From contig OZ241914.1 in NCBI GenBank assembly GCA_965203875.1, forward strand, positions 1,358,039-1,422,038: DNA of 64,000 nucleotides. Direction: 5' to 3'. The notes beneath the pieces are model-generated. The model searched no databases. It was not told the origin of the DNA and saw nothing but the letters and a program-made list of their open reading frames with translations. The position numbers and the translations under genes are program-made. Positions within the stretch are counted from its first letter, which is position 1, and the number at the start of each line of letters is the position of its first letter. Positions 38,039-47,420 of the stretch are shown in pieces. Source of the DNA: Bdellovibrionales bacterium (GTDB taxonomy: Bacteria; Bdellovibrionota; Bdellovibrionia; Bdellovibrionales; JAUICD01).

Positions 38039-39307
38039 GTGATATTAATTATATTTTTGATTTTTATACAAACAGTAAAAGCTGACTTAGAAATCATGTA
38101 TGTATCTGGTGTATCAAAGTACATACCAGGTGAAAATAAAATTTTTGCAGGTACTGCTGGAGAAGAATGTAGAGGTAATACAAGTACTTGTGATAGTTGT
38201 ACAGGCTGGGGAGATAAGCTAGCTCCAGAAGCATGTAATGCAAAACGCATTAATGATCAAGGAGGGAGTTTATCATTTGAATTTCGTGGTCCTACTTATG
38301 GCACACCTGTAATTACAGATAATGACAAAACTACTAATTTAGCTATTGGACCTGATTCTGAAAATGGCACCTACTACATTGCTATACCGTGGGATGTACT
38401 TTGCGAGCATATAATTTCAAATAACAACTGTGACTCTAGAGATGGAGATGGAACAATCTATGTTGGTATAGACAAAAATGAAGATGGAATACTAGGTTCT
38501 GAGGAAGAAAGCATAGCGATGAATATAGTGATCTTATCTGGAATGGAAGGTGCTGTAGACATGATTAGACAAGAAAATGGTATAGGTGAATTTAAAGTCT
38601 ATCCAGGTGACAAAAAAGTTTATTTATTAGATGGTATGTTGCCCTATGGAAATTTCCCTTACTATAATGGCACAACTACCTTCGAGGAAATACGATTATA
38701 CTATGAAGAGACGAATCGTGGATGCGGTGACGTTACACAAATTAGCAACACATCTAGATATGTTTCAACCAAAATTTTAGATCTCACCAGTGAAGAAGAG
38801 TTTCAAGTGGAACATCAGTATTTTAAAAACTTTGAAAATAAAAAAACATTTTTATTTAAATTAGCGTTAGTAGATGAAGCAGGTAATATAGGACTATTCA
38901 CGCCTGATGCCGCTTGCAATAGTGATCATATAGCTACACCAGACAACGTGTACGGCATGCTTGGTTCAAATAAATGTTTTATAGTTGAAACAGCTATGGG
39001 CAGCTCTATGTATCCACACGTCAGCACACTTAGACAATTCAGAGACAAAAAACTTATGGCAAACACATTGGGTAGAAGTATAGTAGATGCATACTATAGC
39101 TACTCACCATACATGACAAAATTTATAAAAAAAAACAAAGCTCTAAAGATATTTAGCAGAATATTGTTGTTACCATTAATAACCTTTGCGTATCTTGGTA
39201 TTTACTTAGGTTTTATTGGTACGTTTGTTATATATGCTCTGTTACTCGTTAGTTGCATGGCTCTTCGGCCAGTTCAACATCAGGGTTATAATCGTGTGTG
39301 TAGTTAG
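38039..39307 (+). CDS. Secreted protein with a C-terminal CF(I/V)xTAxGS...LRQFRD...YYxxSP module plus a TM helix
   Basis: Signal peptide (IFLIFIQTVKA/DLE). The C-terminus reads NKCFIVETAMGSSMYPHVSTLRQFRDKKLMANTLGRSIVDAYYSYSPYMTKFI, followed by a hydrophobic helix. Confidence 0.65.
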   Translation: MILIIFLIFIQTVKADLEIMYVSGVSKYIPGENKIFAGTAGEECRGNTSTCDSCTGWGDKLAPEACNAKRINDQGGSLSFEFRGPTYGTPVITDNDKTTNLAIGPDSENGTYYIAIPWDVLCEHIISNNNCDSRDGDGTIYVGIDKNEDGILGSEEESIAMNIVILSGMEGAVDMIRQENGIGEFKVYPGDKKVYLLDGMLPYGNFPYYNGTTTFEEIRLYYEETNRGCGDVTQISNTSRYVSTKILDLTSEEEFQVEHQYFKNFENKKTFLFKLALVDEAGNIGLFTPDAACNSDHIATPDNVYGMLGSNKCFIVETAMGSSMYPHVSTLRQFRDKKLMANTLGRSIVDAYYSYSPYMTKFIKKNKALKIFSRILLLPLITFAYLGIYLGFIGTFVIYALLLVSCMALRPVQHQGYNRVCS

Positions 39308-40304
39308 TACACCAGTATCCTACGCTAACAACTTGGCCTGTATACAATGGCGGGCTAAAAAACAGCTTACTACCCTGTAAGTATGGATGGCCCTCATCGC
39401 TTACATAAGTGTCAGGCAAAGTTAAAACAAAGCACTTATCTTCATTCCTGTTTTCATAAGGTTCGCATGATAACTGGATTGATTGAATAGCAATATCCTC
39501 TGCAATTCTATCTAAAATATTTCTGTAGTTACTAGAGTAGATACATGCTACTGATCCATTTGTTTGTTCTGATGCTTCCATGTACAACTTTCCTACGCTT
39601 GGATTAGCAGTTCCATCTGCAAATAAACTCCTACGACAATTTGGTTTTCCTGTGTCTACTATAGAATGTACCGTGAAGTGTTTTTGTTTTCCAAATCTTC
39701 TGTGTACAGCTGTAACTAGGTCATCTGCATCTTTGTATCCACTGTTGTAATCTATACATGTGAAAGTTTGCTCGTAGTCAGCAGCTTTACAACCACTGTC
39801 TTCATCACTGACAAATAGAACTACAAGCTCTGCATCAGATCTAAAAAATCCCTGATTTCCTTCTATGGCTGCTATAGCTCTTTCTATGCCTTTTTCATCT
39901 CCGTAGAGGTATCTCTTTTTTATGTCATTTGAGTTTGTTTCTTTATCGGATATGTCTTGAATGATTTGGTAAAAATCTCCAGTTCTAATTCTGGTGTTAT
40001 TATCAGGGTTACTGTGCGGGTTTTCATGTAGGTATGTTGTTATTATACCTACTTTGTAGTCAAAGTTAGATAACCTGTTTAAAAAACCTCTAAAACCATT
40101 TTTTAATTTTTGCTGTTCATCTAGCATAGATCTTGAGTTGTCTAAAACAACAAGTATATCGACAATATTTGGTGGTATTGTTTGTTCATAATTTTGTGGT
40201 TTATATTGAATAGAGCTAGTAAATTCCACATCTGAACATGCAACAAAGCCAACAAGTAGCCCTACTACAAAAAGGCCTAGAAAAAGTGTGTTGAGTTTAA
40301 TCAT
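39249..40304 (-). CDS. von Willebrand factor A (VWA) domain lipoprotein
   Basis: Lipobox LLVGFVAC and the MIDAS motif DILVVLDNSRSM (DxSxS). Its 3' end overlaps the convergent gene by 59 bp. Confidence 0.75.
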   Translation of the reverse strand: MIKLNTLFLGLFVVGLLVGFVACSDVEFTSSIQYKPQNYEQTIPPNIVDILVVLDNSRSMLDEQQKLKNGFRGFLNRLSNFDYKVGIITTYLHENPHSNPDNNTRIRTGDFYQIIQDISDKETNSNDIKKRYLYGDEKGIERAIAAIEGNQGFFRSDAELVVLFVSDEDSGCKAADYEQTFTCIDYNSGYKDADDLVTAVHRRFGKQKHFTVHSIVDTGKPNCRRSLFADGTANPSVGKLYMEASEQTNGSVACIYSSNYRNILDRIAEDIAIQSIQLSCEPYENRNEDKCFVLTLPDTYVSDEGHPYLQGSKLFFSPPLYTGQVVSVGYWCTNYTHDYNPDVELAEEPCN

Positions 40305-40366
40305 GATAAAATCCTATCACGTACGATCGGAAAAATTGATTTTTTTGTTAAATTAGTATGCCTAAA

Positions 40367-41326
40367 TCAAGACTGTTGGCCTGCCCATACCTTTGCAAAA
40401 TAGGTCAGAATCATATCAGCCCCAGCTCGTTTGATTGACAGTAAAATCTCATTCATAGCCTTGTTACGGTCTATCCATCCATTTTGGCTAGCTGCCATTA
40501 CCATGGAGTATTCTCCACTTACATTATAAGCTGCTACTGGTAGACGGGTATTTTGTTTAATATCAGAAATAATGTCTAAATAACTCAAAGCAGGTTTACA
40601 CATCAGGATATCTGCACCTTCTTTAGCATCTAGAAGAGCTTCCATAACAGCTTCTTTCCTGTTAGCAGGATTCATCTGATAAGTTTTTTTGTCATACTTC
40701 TTAGGTTGAGACTGAAGGGCGTCTCTAAAAGGAGAGTAAAAGCAACTGGCATACTTTGTGGTGTATGACATTATGGATACTTCGCTAAAACCATTTTTAT
40801 CCAGATGATTTCTTATGTGTAAAACTCTACCATCCATCATATCAGATGGCCCCAATATATCAGCACCTGCTCTGGCTTGTGCAAGTGACATTTTGGATAA
40901 GATTTCTAAAGTCTTATCATTATCAATTTTATCTTCTACCAAAAGTCCATCGTGTCCGTCTGAACTATAAGGGTCCATAGCAACGTCTGTTATTATCAGT
41001 GCATCAGGGATTTTTGATTTAATTTTCTCAATAGTTTTTAAATAAAAATTGTCGTTATATGAAAGAGTTGCTGTTTTATCTTTTTTGTTTTCAGGAATTA
41101 ATGGGAACAAAACAAAAGCATTGATCCCAAGGTTCATGCATTCTTTAATCTCTTCACACGCTTCGTCTGGTCCATATCTAAATATACCCGGCATCGAAGG
41201 TATTGGTGTTTTAGAATCTTCAGTAAGAAATATAGGATAGATTAGATCCTTAACATGCAGTCTGGTCTCTTGTACTAGATCCCTTACCACTTGATTTTTT
41301 CTGTTTCTTCTAGGTCTTATTATCAT
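40367..41326 (-). CDS. hemB: Porphobilinogen synthase (delta-aminolevulinate dehydratase)
   Basis: RPRRNRKNQVVRDLVQETRL at the N-terminus and a TIM-barrel ALAD pattern, 319 aa. Confidence 0.92.
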   Translation of the reverse strand: MIIRPRRNRKNQVVRDLVQETRLHVKDLIYPIFLTEDSKTPIPSMPGIFRYGPDEACEEIKECMNLGINAFVLFPLIPENKKDKTATLSYNDNFYLKTIEKIKSKIPDALIITDVAMDPYSSDGHDGLLVEDKIDNDKTLEILSKMSLAQARAGADILGPSDMMDGRVLHIRNHLDKNGFSEVSIMSYTTKYASCFYSPFRDALQSQPKKYDKKTYQMNPANRKEAVMEALLDAKEGADILMCKPALSYLDIISDIKQNTRLPVAAYNVSGEYSMVMAASQNGWIDRNKAMNEILLSIKRAGADMILTYFAKVWAGQQS

Positions 41327-41482
41327 ATCAATTGAACTTTGGTATTATATTCATGAACAAATTAATTTCAACAGAAAATAAAGTCTTTAGGTTAGTTATC
41401 ATGTGGTCTTTTGACTATTTTTTAATGTGAAATTGGTAAATGAGTCTGTCCTAAATTAACCTGTTAGCTTGAAGAGGAAATT

Positions 41483-42484
41483 GTGTCAAACATAAATGTA
41501 GATCTTGATAAATATAAATTGGATTGCATAATAGGTCAAAGCCTTCCTATTATGAAAGTCATGCAACTCATAGACAGGGTTGCATCTTCATGTGCAAATG
41601 TACTAATCACAGGCGAAAGTGGAACAGGAAAGGAGTTGGTAGCTCAAGCACTTCATTACAATTCCGAACGATCCAAGGAACCATTGATAGCAATAAACTG
41701 CACCGCAATACCATCGGAGCTATTAGAAAGTGAATTGTTTGGACATGTAAAAGGTGCATTTACTGGTGCTACATCTGATAGAGTGGGTAGATTTGAAAAA
41801 GCAAAGAGGGGCACAATATTTCTAGACGAAATAGGGGACATGAGTCCTAGCCTACAGGCCAAACTGCTGAGAGTTTTGCAGGATAGAAAATTTGAACCAG
41901 TTGGTGATAGTAGGCCAAGACAATTTAATGCAAGGGTAATAACGGCTACAAATATAGATCTAGAGCGTGCGATAAAAGAAAATAGATTTAGAAGGGATTT
42001 ATATTATAGGCTAAATGTCATACCAATAAAAATGCCCTCTCTAAGAGAACGACCATCAGATATACCCATATTAACACATTATTTTTTAAAAATATTTACA
42101 AGACAAAATCACAAACAAATAAATGGAATTAGCAAAAGTGCTATGGATCAACTGTGTGCGTATCCTTGGCCTGGAAATATAAGGGAGTTAGAAAACTTAA
42201 TAGAACGATTGGTCATCATAAAAGATCATGGATTAATTGAATTAGCTGATATACCTGCAAAATACATAACCAACCAAAAAGTAAATCCAGATGATAAATT
42301 GCTAACTTATGTTCCTAACTCAGGGATAGATCTTAATGAAGCAATTGCTAGGTATGAAAATATGCTTTTGGTGGATGCTCTAAATAAGGTAAATTGGAAT
42401 AAGAACAGAGCAGCCAGCTTACTAAAATTGAACAGAACCACCTTGGTAGAAAAGATCAAAAGAAAAAAGTTGAAGCAAGTTTAA
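41483..42484 (+). CDS. Sigma-54-dependent transcriptional activator (AAA+ and HTH only, no sensory/receiver domain)
   Basis: GESGTGKELVAQALH (Walker A), the GAFTGA loop (KGAFTGA), an RFRRDLYYRL arginine-finger region and a C-terminal Fis-type HTH (NKNRAASLLKLNRTTL). The AAA+ core starts about 15 aa from the N-terminus. Confidence 0.9.
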   Translation: MSNINVDLDKYKLDCIIGQSLPIMKVMQLIDRVASSCANVLITGESGTGKELVAQALHYNSERSKEPLIAINCTAIPSELLESELFGHVKGAFTGATSDRVGRFEKAKRGTIFLDEIGDMSPSLQAKLLRVLQDRKFEPVGDSRPRQFNARVITATNIDLERAIKENRFRRDLYYRLNVIPIKMPSLRERPSDIPILTHYFLKIFTRQNHKQINGISKSAMDQLCAYPWPGNIRELENLIERLVIIKDHGLIELADIPAKYITNQKVNPDDKLLTYVPNSGIDLNEAIARYENMLLVDALNKVNWNKNRAASLLKLNRTTLVEKIKRKKLKQV

Positions 42485-42722
42485 AGGTTTTCAATTTTTA
42501 ATAAGTGTACATAGCGAAACGGCCCGACTGTAGGTCAAAGTGTAGCTATGTATACTTATTAAAAATGTTTACCAGCTCTCAAGGTATACTCCAAAATATT
42601 TGCTAAAGGTCTTCAATTTTATCTAATATTTGATTAGCAAAGCGGTAAGCCAGAAAGCTTAAAGCGTAGCTAAGAAAATATTTGATAAAAAGTTGTGCAA
42701 CGTTCAAGGTATATTCCAAAAG
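42482..42722 (+). repeat. SR-1 structured intergenic repeat, two tandem units, starting on the activator's TAA stop
   Basis: Unit 1 (42482-42596): TAAaggttttcaattttt / aataagtgtacatagc / core / gctatgtatacttatt / aaaaatgtttaccagctctcaaggtatactcc. Unit 2 (42604-42722): aaaggtcttcaatttt / atctaatatttgattagc / core with taagc-cagaaa-gctta / gctaagaaaatatttgat / aaaaagttgtgcaacgttcaaggtatattcc. Confidence 0.9.
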
Positions 42723-42752
42723 ATTCACATAAAGCCTTTAAAATTCTCATCT

Positions 42753-43625
42753 TTACAAAGACACCCAATCAGTGGGTTTTAAAAACTTAAAAAGTTTTTT
42801 TTCTTCTTTACCTATATTATTTTCATGCCTGTAATACCACCTAGCATGTCTGGGTAAAGGCATTAAAATTGATTCAACTCTTCCCTTGGTTTTCAATCCG
42901 AATAGTGTTCCTCTGTCATAGAGCAAATTAAACTCAACATATCTACCTTGTCTCCATTGCTGGAATTCTTTGTGGTGTTTGGTATAAGGTATATCCTTTC
43001 TCTTTTTTACAATGGCATCATAGGAATCTACAAAAGAATCTCCACAGGATTGTACCATTTTAAACACATCTTTAGCTTGCTGATAATCAAAAAATATCCC
43101 ACCAATTCCTCTAGTTTCATTTCTATGAGGTAAGTAAAAATATTCATCGCACTGTTTTTTAAATATATCGTACTTTCCATAAGGAGAAAGGGCGTGCTGA
43201 TAGGTTTTATGAAAGTGTTTACAATCTTCTTCAAAAATATAGTAAGGAGTTAGATCTGCACCACCACCATACCACGTATCATTTCCTCTTTTGATGAACC
43301 TATAGTTACAATGAACTGTTGGAACAAATGGATTTTTAGGGTGCATTACTACTGATATACCTGTGGCATAAAAATCAAGGCCACTTCCGAGTTTAAGCTT
43401 ATTTGCAAATTGAGCATCCAGCTTACCCTGTACTTCAGAAAAATTAATACATCCTTTTTCTAAAAAAGTGCCATCTTCGATAACTCTGGTCTCTCCACCA
43501 CCTGTAATCTCTGGTTTTTTCCACTTATCTATAACAAAAGGTTTTGTTTCTATTGTTTGAACCCAATTGCAGATTACATTTTGTAGATTCTTAAAATATG
43601 TTTTTTCTGGATTATATGGAGCCAT
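42753..43625 (-). CDS. hemF: Oxygen-dependent coproporphyrinogen III oxidase
   Basis: GGGADLTPYY, YFYLPHRNETRGIGGIFFD and RQGRYVEFNLLYDRGTLFGL match the HemF signature blocks. Confidence 0.92.
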   Translation of the reverse strand: MAPYNPEKTYFKNLQNVICNWVQTIETKPFVIDKWKKPEITGGGETRVIEDGTFLEKGCINFSEVQGKLDAQFANKLKLGSGLDFYATGISVVMHPKNPFVPTVHCNYRFIKRGNDTWYGGGADLTPYYIFEEDCKHFHKTYQHALSPYGKYDIFKKQCDEYFYLPHRNETRGIGGIFFDYQQAKDVFKMVQSCGDSFVDSYDAIVKKRKDIPYTKHHKEFQQWRQGRYVEFNLLYDRGTLFGLKTKGRVESILMPLPRHARWYYRHENNIGKEEKKLFKFLKPTDWVSL

Positions 43626-44589
43626 TACTTAATCTATTTGCTATTTGAAAACCGTTTAGTGCGGCACCTTTTTGTAGGTTATCCGACACAACCCACATTA
43701 TCCATGTATAAGGGTCGTCTACATCCTGACGCAGCCTACTTACAAAAACCTCAGGTTTACCTGAAGCATACTTGTTGGTATGAAAACCTTTATCCAAATA
43801 TACAACTCCTTCTGTTGACTGTAGTACTTTAACTATATCCTTTCTATTTTGTTTAGCTTTTAATGTGAACCATACAGCTTCACCATGTCCTTTCATAGTT
43901 GGAGTTCTTACACAAAATGCACTTACCGTTATTTTAGGATCAAGTATTTTTTTAGTTTCGTTTCTCATTTTTAATTCTTCACTAGAACAGCCGTTTTCTA
44001 ACATATCTCCTATCTGAGGTATGTTGTTAAAAGCCAGGTTGTCTTTTGTAGATTCTAAGTTGTTTAATTGGTCCAACGACATATCGACCAAATCTTTTGT
44101 TCTCTTTGAGCCAGCTCCGCTTATTGATTGATATGTGGCAACTTTGATTGTGCGAACACCAAAAGTTTTATGTATCTTGTTTAATGCAACCACCATTTGT
44201 ATAGTGGAGCAGTTGGGATTGGATATTACACAAGGCTTTTTTAATGAATTCAATATATCACCGTTTACTTCAGGAACAATCAAAGGTACTTTTTTATCCA
44301 TTCTAAAAGCACTCGAATTATCAATTACAAAAGCTCCAGAATCTACAGCTTGCAAAGCCCATCTTTTGCTAACACCTGCACCGGCTGAAAAAAATGCTAT
44401 CTCTAATTTGTCAAAGCAGCCAGGCTCTAGTACATCAATTTTTAATTCCTTGCCGTTTAGTATAACTTTGTTGTTCTTGGATTTTGGGCTTGCAAAAAGT
44501 TTAACGTTATTGTGAGTTTTATGTTCTAGTAGTTTTAGAAATTCTTGTCCAACCAGACCAGTGGCTCCAACAATTGCTAGATTTTTCAT
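43612..44589 (-). CDS. asd: Aspartate-semialdehyde dehydrogenase
   Basis: MKNLAIVGATGLVGQ (Rossmann fold) and NPNCSTIQM (catalytic Cys). The start is set at the ATG at 44589. The ORF-track start at 44625 would overlap pssA. Confidence 0.9.
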   Translation of the reverse strand: MKNLAIVGATGLVGQEFLKLLEHKTHNNVKLFASPKSKNNKVILNGKELKIDVLEPGCFDKLEIAFFSAGAGVSKRWALQAVDSGAFVIDNSSAFRMDKKVPLIVPEVNGDILNSLKKPCVISNPNCSTIQMVVALNKIHKTFGVRTIKVATYQSISGAGSKRTKDLVDMSLDQLNNLESTKDNLAFNNIPQIGDMLENGCSSEELKMRNETKKILDPKITVSAFCVRTPTMKGHGEAVWFTLKAKQNRKDIVKVLQSTEGVVYLDKGFHTNKYASGKPEVFVSRLRQDVDDPYTWIMWVVSDNLQKGAALNGFQIANRLSNGSI

Positions 44590-44593
44590 AGAG

Positions 44594-45346
44594 CTAACCT
44601 TTGCTTTTATTAAACATCCATCCAAACAACATATAAGCTGAAAAGAAGGCCAGTAGCATGAATTCAGGGTGGATAACTAGCAGAATAAAACACAATACTC
44701 CGACCACTAGATGATAAAAAGATCGTTTTTTTAAAACCATGCCCTTAAAGTTTCCATAGCTAAAGTCAGATACCATAAGAAACGCAAGTAAAAATGTTAA
44801 AAAGATCAGTCCTACCTGCTTATACATCTCTATATTATTCTCTATAAAAAACAGCACTCCCGAGGCAATAACTCCAGCAGCCATGGTGGATGGCAGCCCA
44901 CGAAAATTACTTTCATTCAATCTACTTATATTAAATCTTGCCAATCGCAAAGCAGTACAAGATACGTACAAAAAACTTGTTATCCAACCAAATTTATCAA
45001 AGGGCTTTAATGCCCAGAAATACATAAGCAAAGACGGAGCCAGTCCAAAACTTATCAAATCGCATAATGAATCGTACTGTGCACCAAAATCTGAATCTGT
45101 GTTGGTTAGCTTTGCAATTCTTCCATCAACAAGATCAAAAACGGCTGCTATAACTATAGAATAACACGCAACTTTAAAGTTACTATTTATAGAAGATAGT
45201 ATACTAAAAAAGCCAAAGAACAAATTCCCAGTGGTTAGCAAGTTAGGTAAAACAGACACACTGGTACCTGCCAGCGTATTTTTGGCCTTCATGGAAGACT
45301 TGGTGTTCTTTTTATCCATGTAATGAATATTGCTTTCTTTTTTCAC
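44594..45346 (-). CDS. pssA: CDP-diacylglycerol--serine O-phosphatidyltransferase
   Basis: CDP-alcohol phosphatidyltransferase motif DLVDGRIAKLTNTDSDFGAQYDSLCDLISFG in a polytopic protein. Confidence 0.85.
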   Translation of the reverse strand: MKKESNIHYMDKKNTKSSMKAKNTLAGTSVSVLPNLLTTGNLFFGFFSILSSINSNFKVACYSIVIAAVFDLVDGRIAKLTNTDSDFGAQYDSLCDLISFGLAPSLLMYFWALKPFDKFGWITSFLYVSCTALRLARFNISRLNESNFRGLPSTMAAGVIASGVLFFIENNIEMYKQVGLIFLTFLLAFLMVSDFSYGNFKGMVLKKRSFYHLVVGVLCFILLVIHPEFMLLAFFSAYMLFGWMFNKSKG

Positions 45347-45978
45347 ATCACTCCAAAAGATTTAAATAAAATCCAAATACCACATCCGCTTAAAGTAGGC
45401 ATCATAAAATTATCATTGATCTTAAATATTGAAACAAGTTCGGCAGTTGCACCTATTAATCCAGCCAACAAACCCATAACTATCAGTCTTTCAAAGGAAA
45501 ATTTATCTAAAAAACTTAAGCAAAGGCATGAAATAAGTGCACATACTAAAAAACAAGAAATACTGCCTTGCAAACTTTTATTACCCACTATCTTGTCTTT
45601 GCCATATTTAAGACCAACAAAATTAGAAGCTGGATCTCCTAATGCAAGCATCAAAATCGAAATGACAGCTACTTCTTTGGGAAAAACACACATGCTGACA
45701 AAGCTACCCATGAGAGCATATGATGCTCCTGATAACTGCATCTTTTCTTCTTCTCTTATAAGTTTACCAAACATAACTTCTGCAAGTTTTTGAAGAAATG
45801 GTACCATTCTTCTTAGAAAATCCAGAAATATTAAGATCAAACAAAAAGTACCTAGATAAGTTACTGCAAGATGAAAATCCAAATACCAGACGCTGAATGC
45901 AATAGAGGACACACATATCACATGGAATATATTTCTAGGCAGCTGATTAGGATGCGTAAACTCGGATGACATGTTCAA
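45343..45978 (-). CDS. Polytopic membrane protein of the CTP-dependent diacylglycerol/polyprenol (dolichol/phytol) kinase - CdsA-like superfamily
   Basis: 211 aa, multi-TM, with an LALGDPASNFVGLKYGK motif. Sits in an operon position next to pssA. Confidence 0.55.
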   Translation of the reverse strand: MNMSSEFTHPNQLPRNIFHVICVSSIAFSVWYLDFHLAVTYLGTFCLILIFLDFLRRMVPFLQKLAEVMFGKLIREEEKMQLSGASYALMGSFVSMCVFPKEVAVISILMLALGDPASNFVGLKYGKDKIVGNKSLQGSISCFLVCALISCLCLSFLDKFSFERLIVMGLLAGLIGATAELVSIFKINDNFMMPTLSGCGIWILFKSFGVM

Positions 45979-47327
45979 TTTTTAAAATAACTATTGTCTT
46001 TGATAATCCCTACAACTTCACTTGGCACATGCTTGGTCCAAGATGAGTCATTGGATCTAATTTTTGAAATTATGTCTTGGTCTTTTGGAACATTGAGATT
46101 TTCTAAAAACGTTATTTGCTTTACACTGACTAGATAATCAAACAATTTTTTTTGAGATACCTCAAATTTAATACCAGTATTATACATGTACACATAGCCG
46201 CTACTTCCTAAAAACTTTCCTATTCTATACATCAACCCACGGTCTGAATCGTTAGCAAACATACGCCCCACCCTTCTATCTGATAGAATAAATGCGTAGA
46301 GTTTGGCTCTTTCTTTTTGCATCCTATATCCTAAATCTGATATTGATTTGTAGTTTGACACCATTACATTAAAACCTAATTTACTTAAAATATTTGTTCT
46401 GGCTAAAAAATCAGAGGCTTCTAGTTTAACGGTTTCTTTTAAATCTGACATAGTCATTTCCATAACCGAAATTGCATCTTCTTTGCGAACTTTGTGATCT
46501 TTTAAAAAGACATCCGCTACTTTGTTTTGAATCTCTACTTGCGTGTTTGTAATTGGTCTAAAATCACCTCTTTGAATTAGAACATTTTTTTTATACAGCA
46601 TATCTGAAGGCTGGCATACCTTGCCCTGAGGTCCGAATAAAATCAGTTTGGACAAACCCAGTTTGGCTAACTCTAAACTGAGTAATCTATTATCTACGTC
46701 TAAAAAAGCTTCCCCTGTGCATCTGATCATATCTATTTCAACATTACTTGTAGATAAATTGTCAGCCATAGATTCCAGCATACGCTTTGGAGTCTCATAA
46801 AAATAAAGGGATGCATATACAAGATTGATTCCTACACGTCCTACAGTCTCTTGCTGTAAGTTGGTATGAGGATCATTTAAGTTTATATGTATAACTATTT
46901 CGCTGGGCTTGGAAAGAGGCTTGTGCTGAAATTTTATACCAAGCCATCCATGTCCTTTAGCTATCTTGTTATTGCTTGTAGCTACCGTATTGGCAAAGAC
47001 AAAGAACCTAGTTTGCGGACCTCTTTTTTTGCCAAGTCTATCTTCCATTAGTTGGTATTCATGGTTCAACATTTTGATAAGTCGACTTTCGCATACGTAG
47101 CGATTTGATTTTTCCCTCCCGTATATTTCATCACTAAAAGTGGTGTCGTATGCAGACATAGTTTTTGCTATTGTGTTAGAAGAGCTTCCTGCTTTGAAAA
47201 ACCATCTGGCTACCTCTTGTCCGGCACCGATCTCTGCAAAACTACCAAATGTGGTTATGTCACCGTTGATTAGTGAAGCCTTGTCCATCTCTGTTAAATT
47301 TTTGGTATTTTTCATAAGAACCTTCAA
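45975..47327 (-). CDS. Conserved-looking hypothetical protein (450 aa), family not recognised
   Basis: Long clean ORF with a 4-nt overlap to the downstream gene. The N-terminal GSFAEIGAGQEVARWFF block looks conserved, but I cannot name a family. Confidence 0.6.
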   Translation of the reverse strand: MKVLMKNTKNLTEMDKASLINGDITTFGSFAEIGAGQEVARWFFKAGSSSNTIAKTMSAYDTTFSDEIYGREKSNRYVCESRLIKMLNHEYQLMEDRLGKKRGPQTRFFVFANTVATSNNKIAKGHGWLGIKFQHKPLSKPSEIVIHINLNDPHTNLQQETVGRVGINLVYASLYFYETPKRMLESMADNLSTSNVEIDMIRCTGEAFLDVDNRLLSLELAKLGLSKLILFGPQGKVCQPSDMLYKKNVLIQRGDFRPITNTQVEIQNKVADVFLKDHKVRKEDAISVMEMTMSDLKETVKLEASDFLARTNILSKLGFNVMVSNYKSISDLGYRMQKERAKLYAFILSDRRVGRMFANDSDRGLMYRIGKFLGSSGYVYMYNTGIKFEVSQKKLFDYLVSVKQITFLENLNVPKDQDIISKIRSNDSSWTKHVPSEVVGIIKDNSYFKN

Positions 47328-47420
47328 GTTTTATGCTCATTATCTATATGTTGTTTTCAAATGTTGCAAGAAATACTGTACATTTGTGCCTTACTGTGAG
47401 CAAACTTTGGCCAAAGGAAT

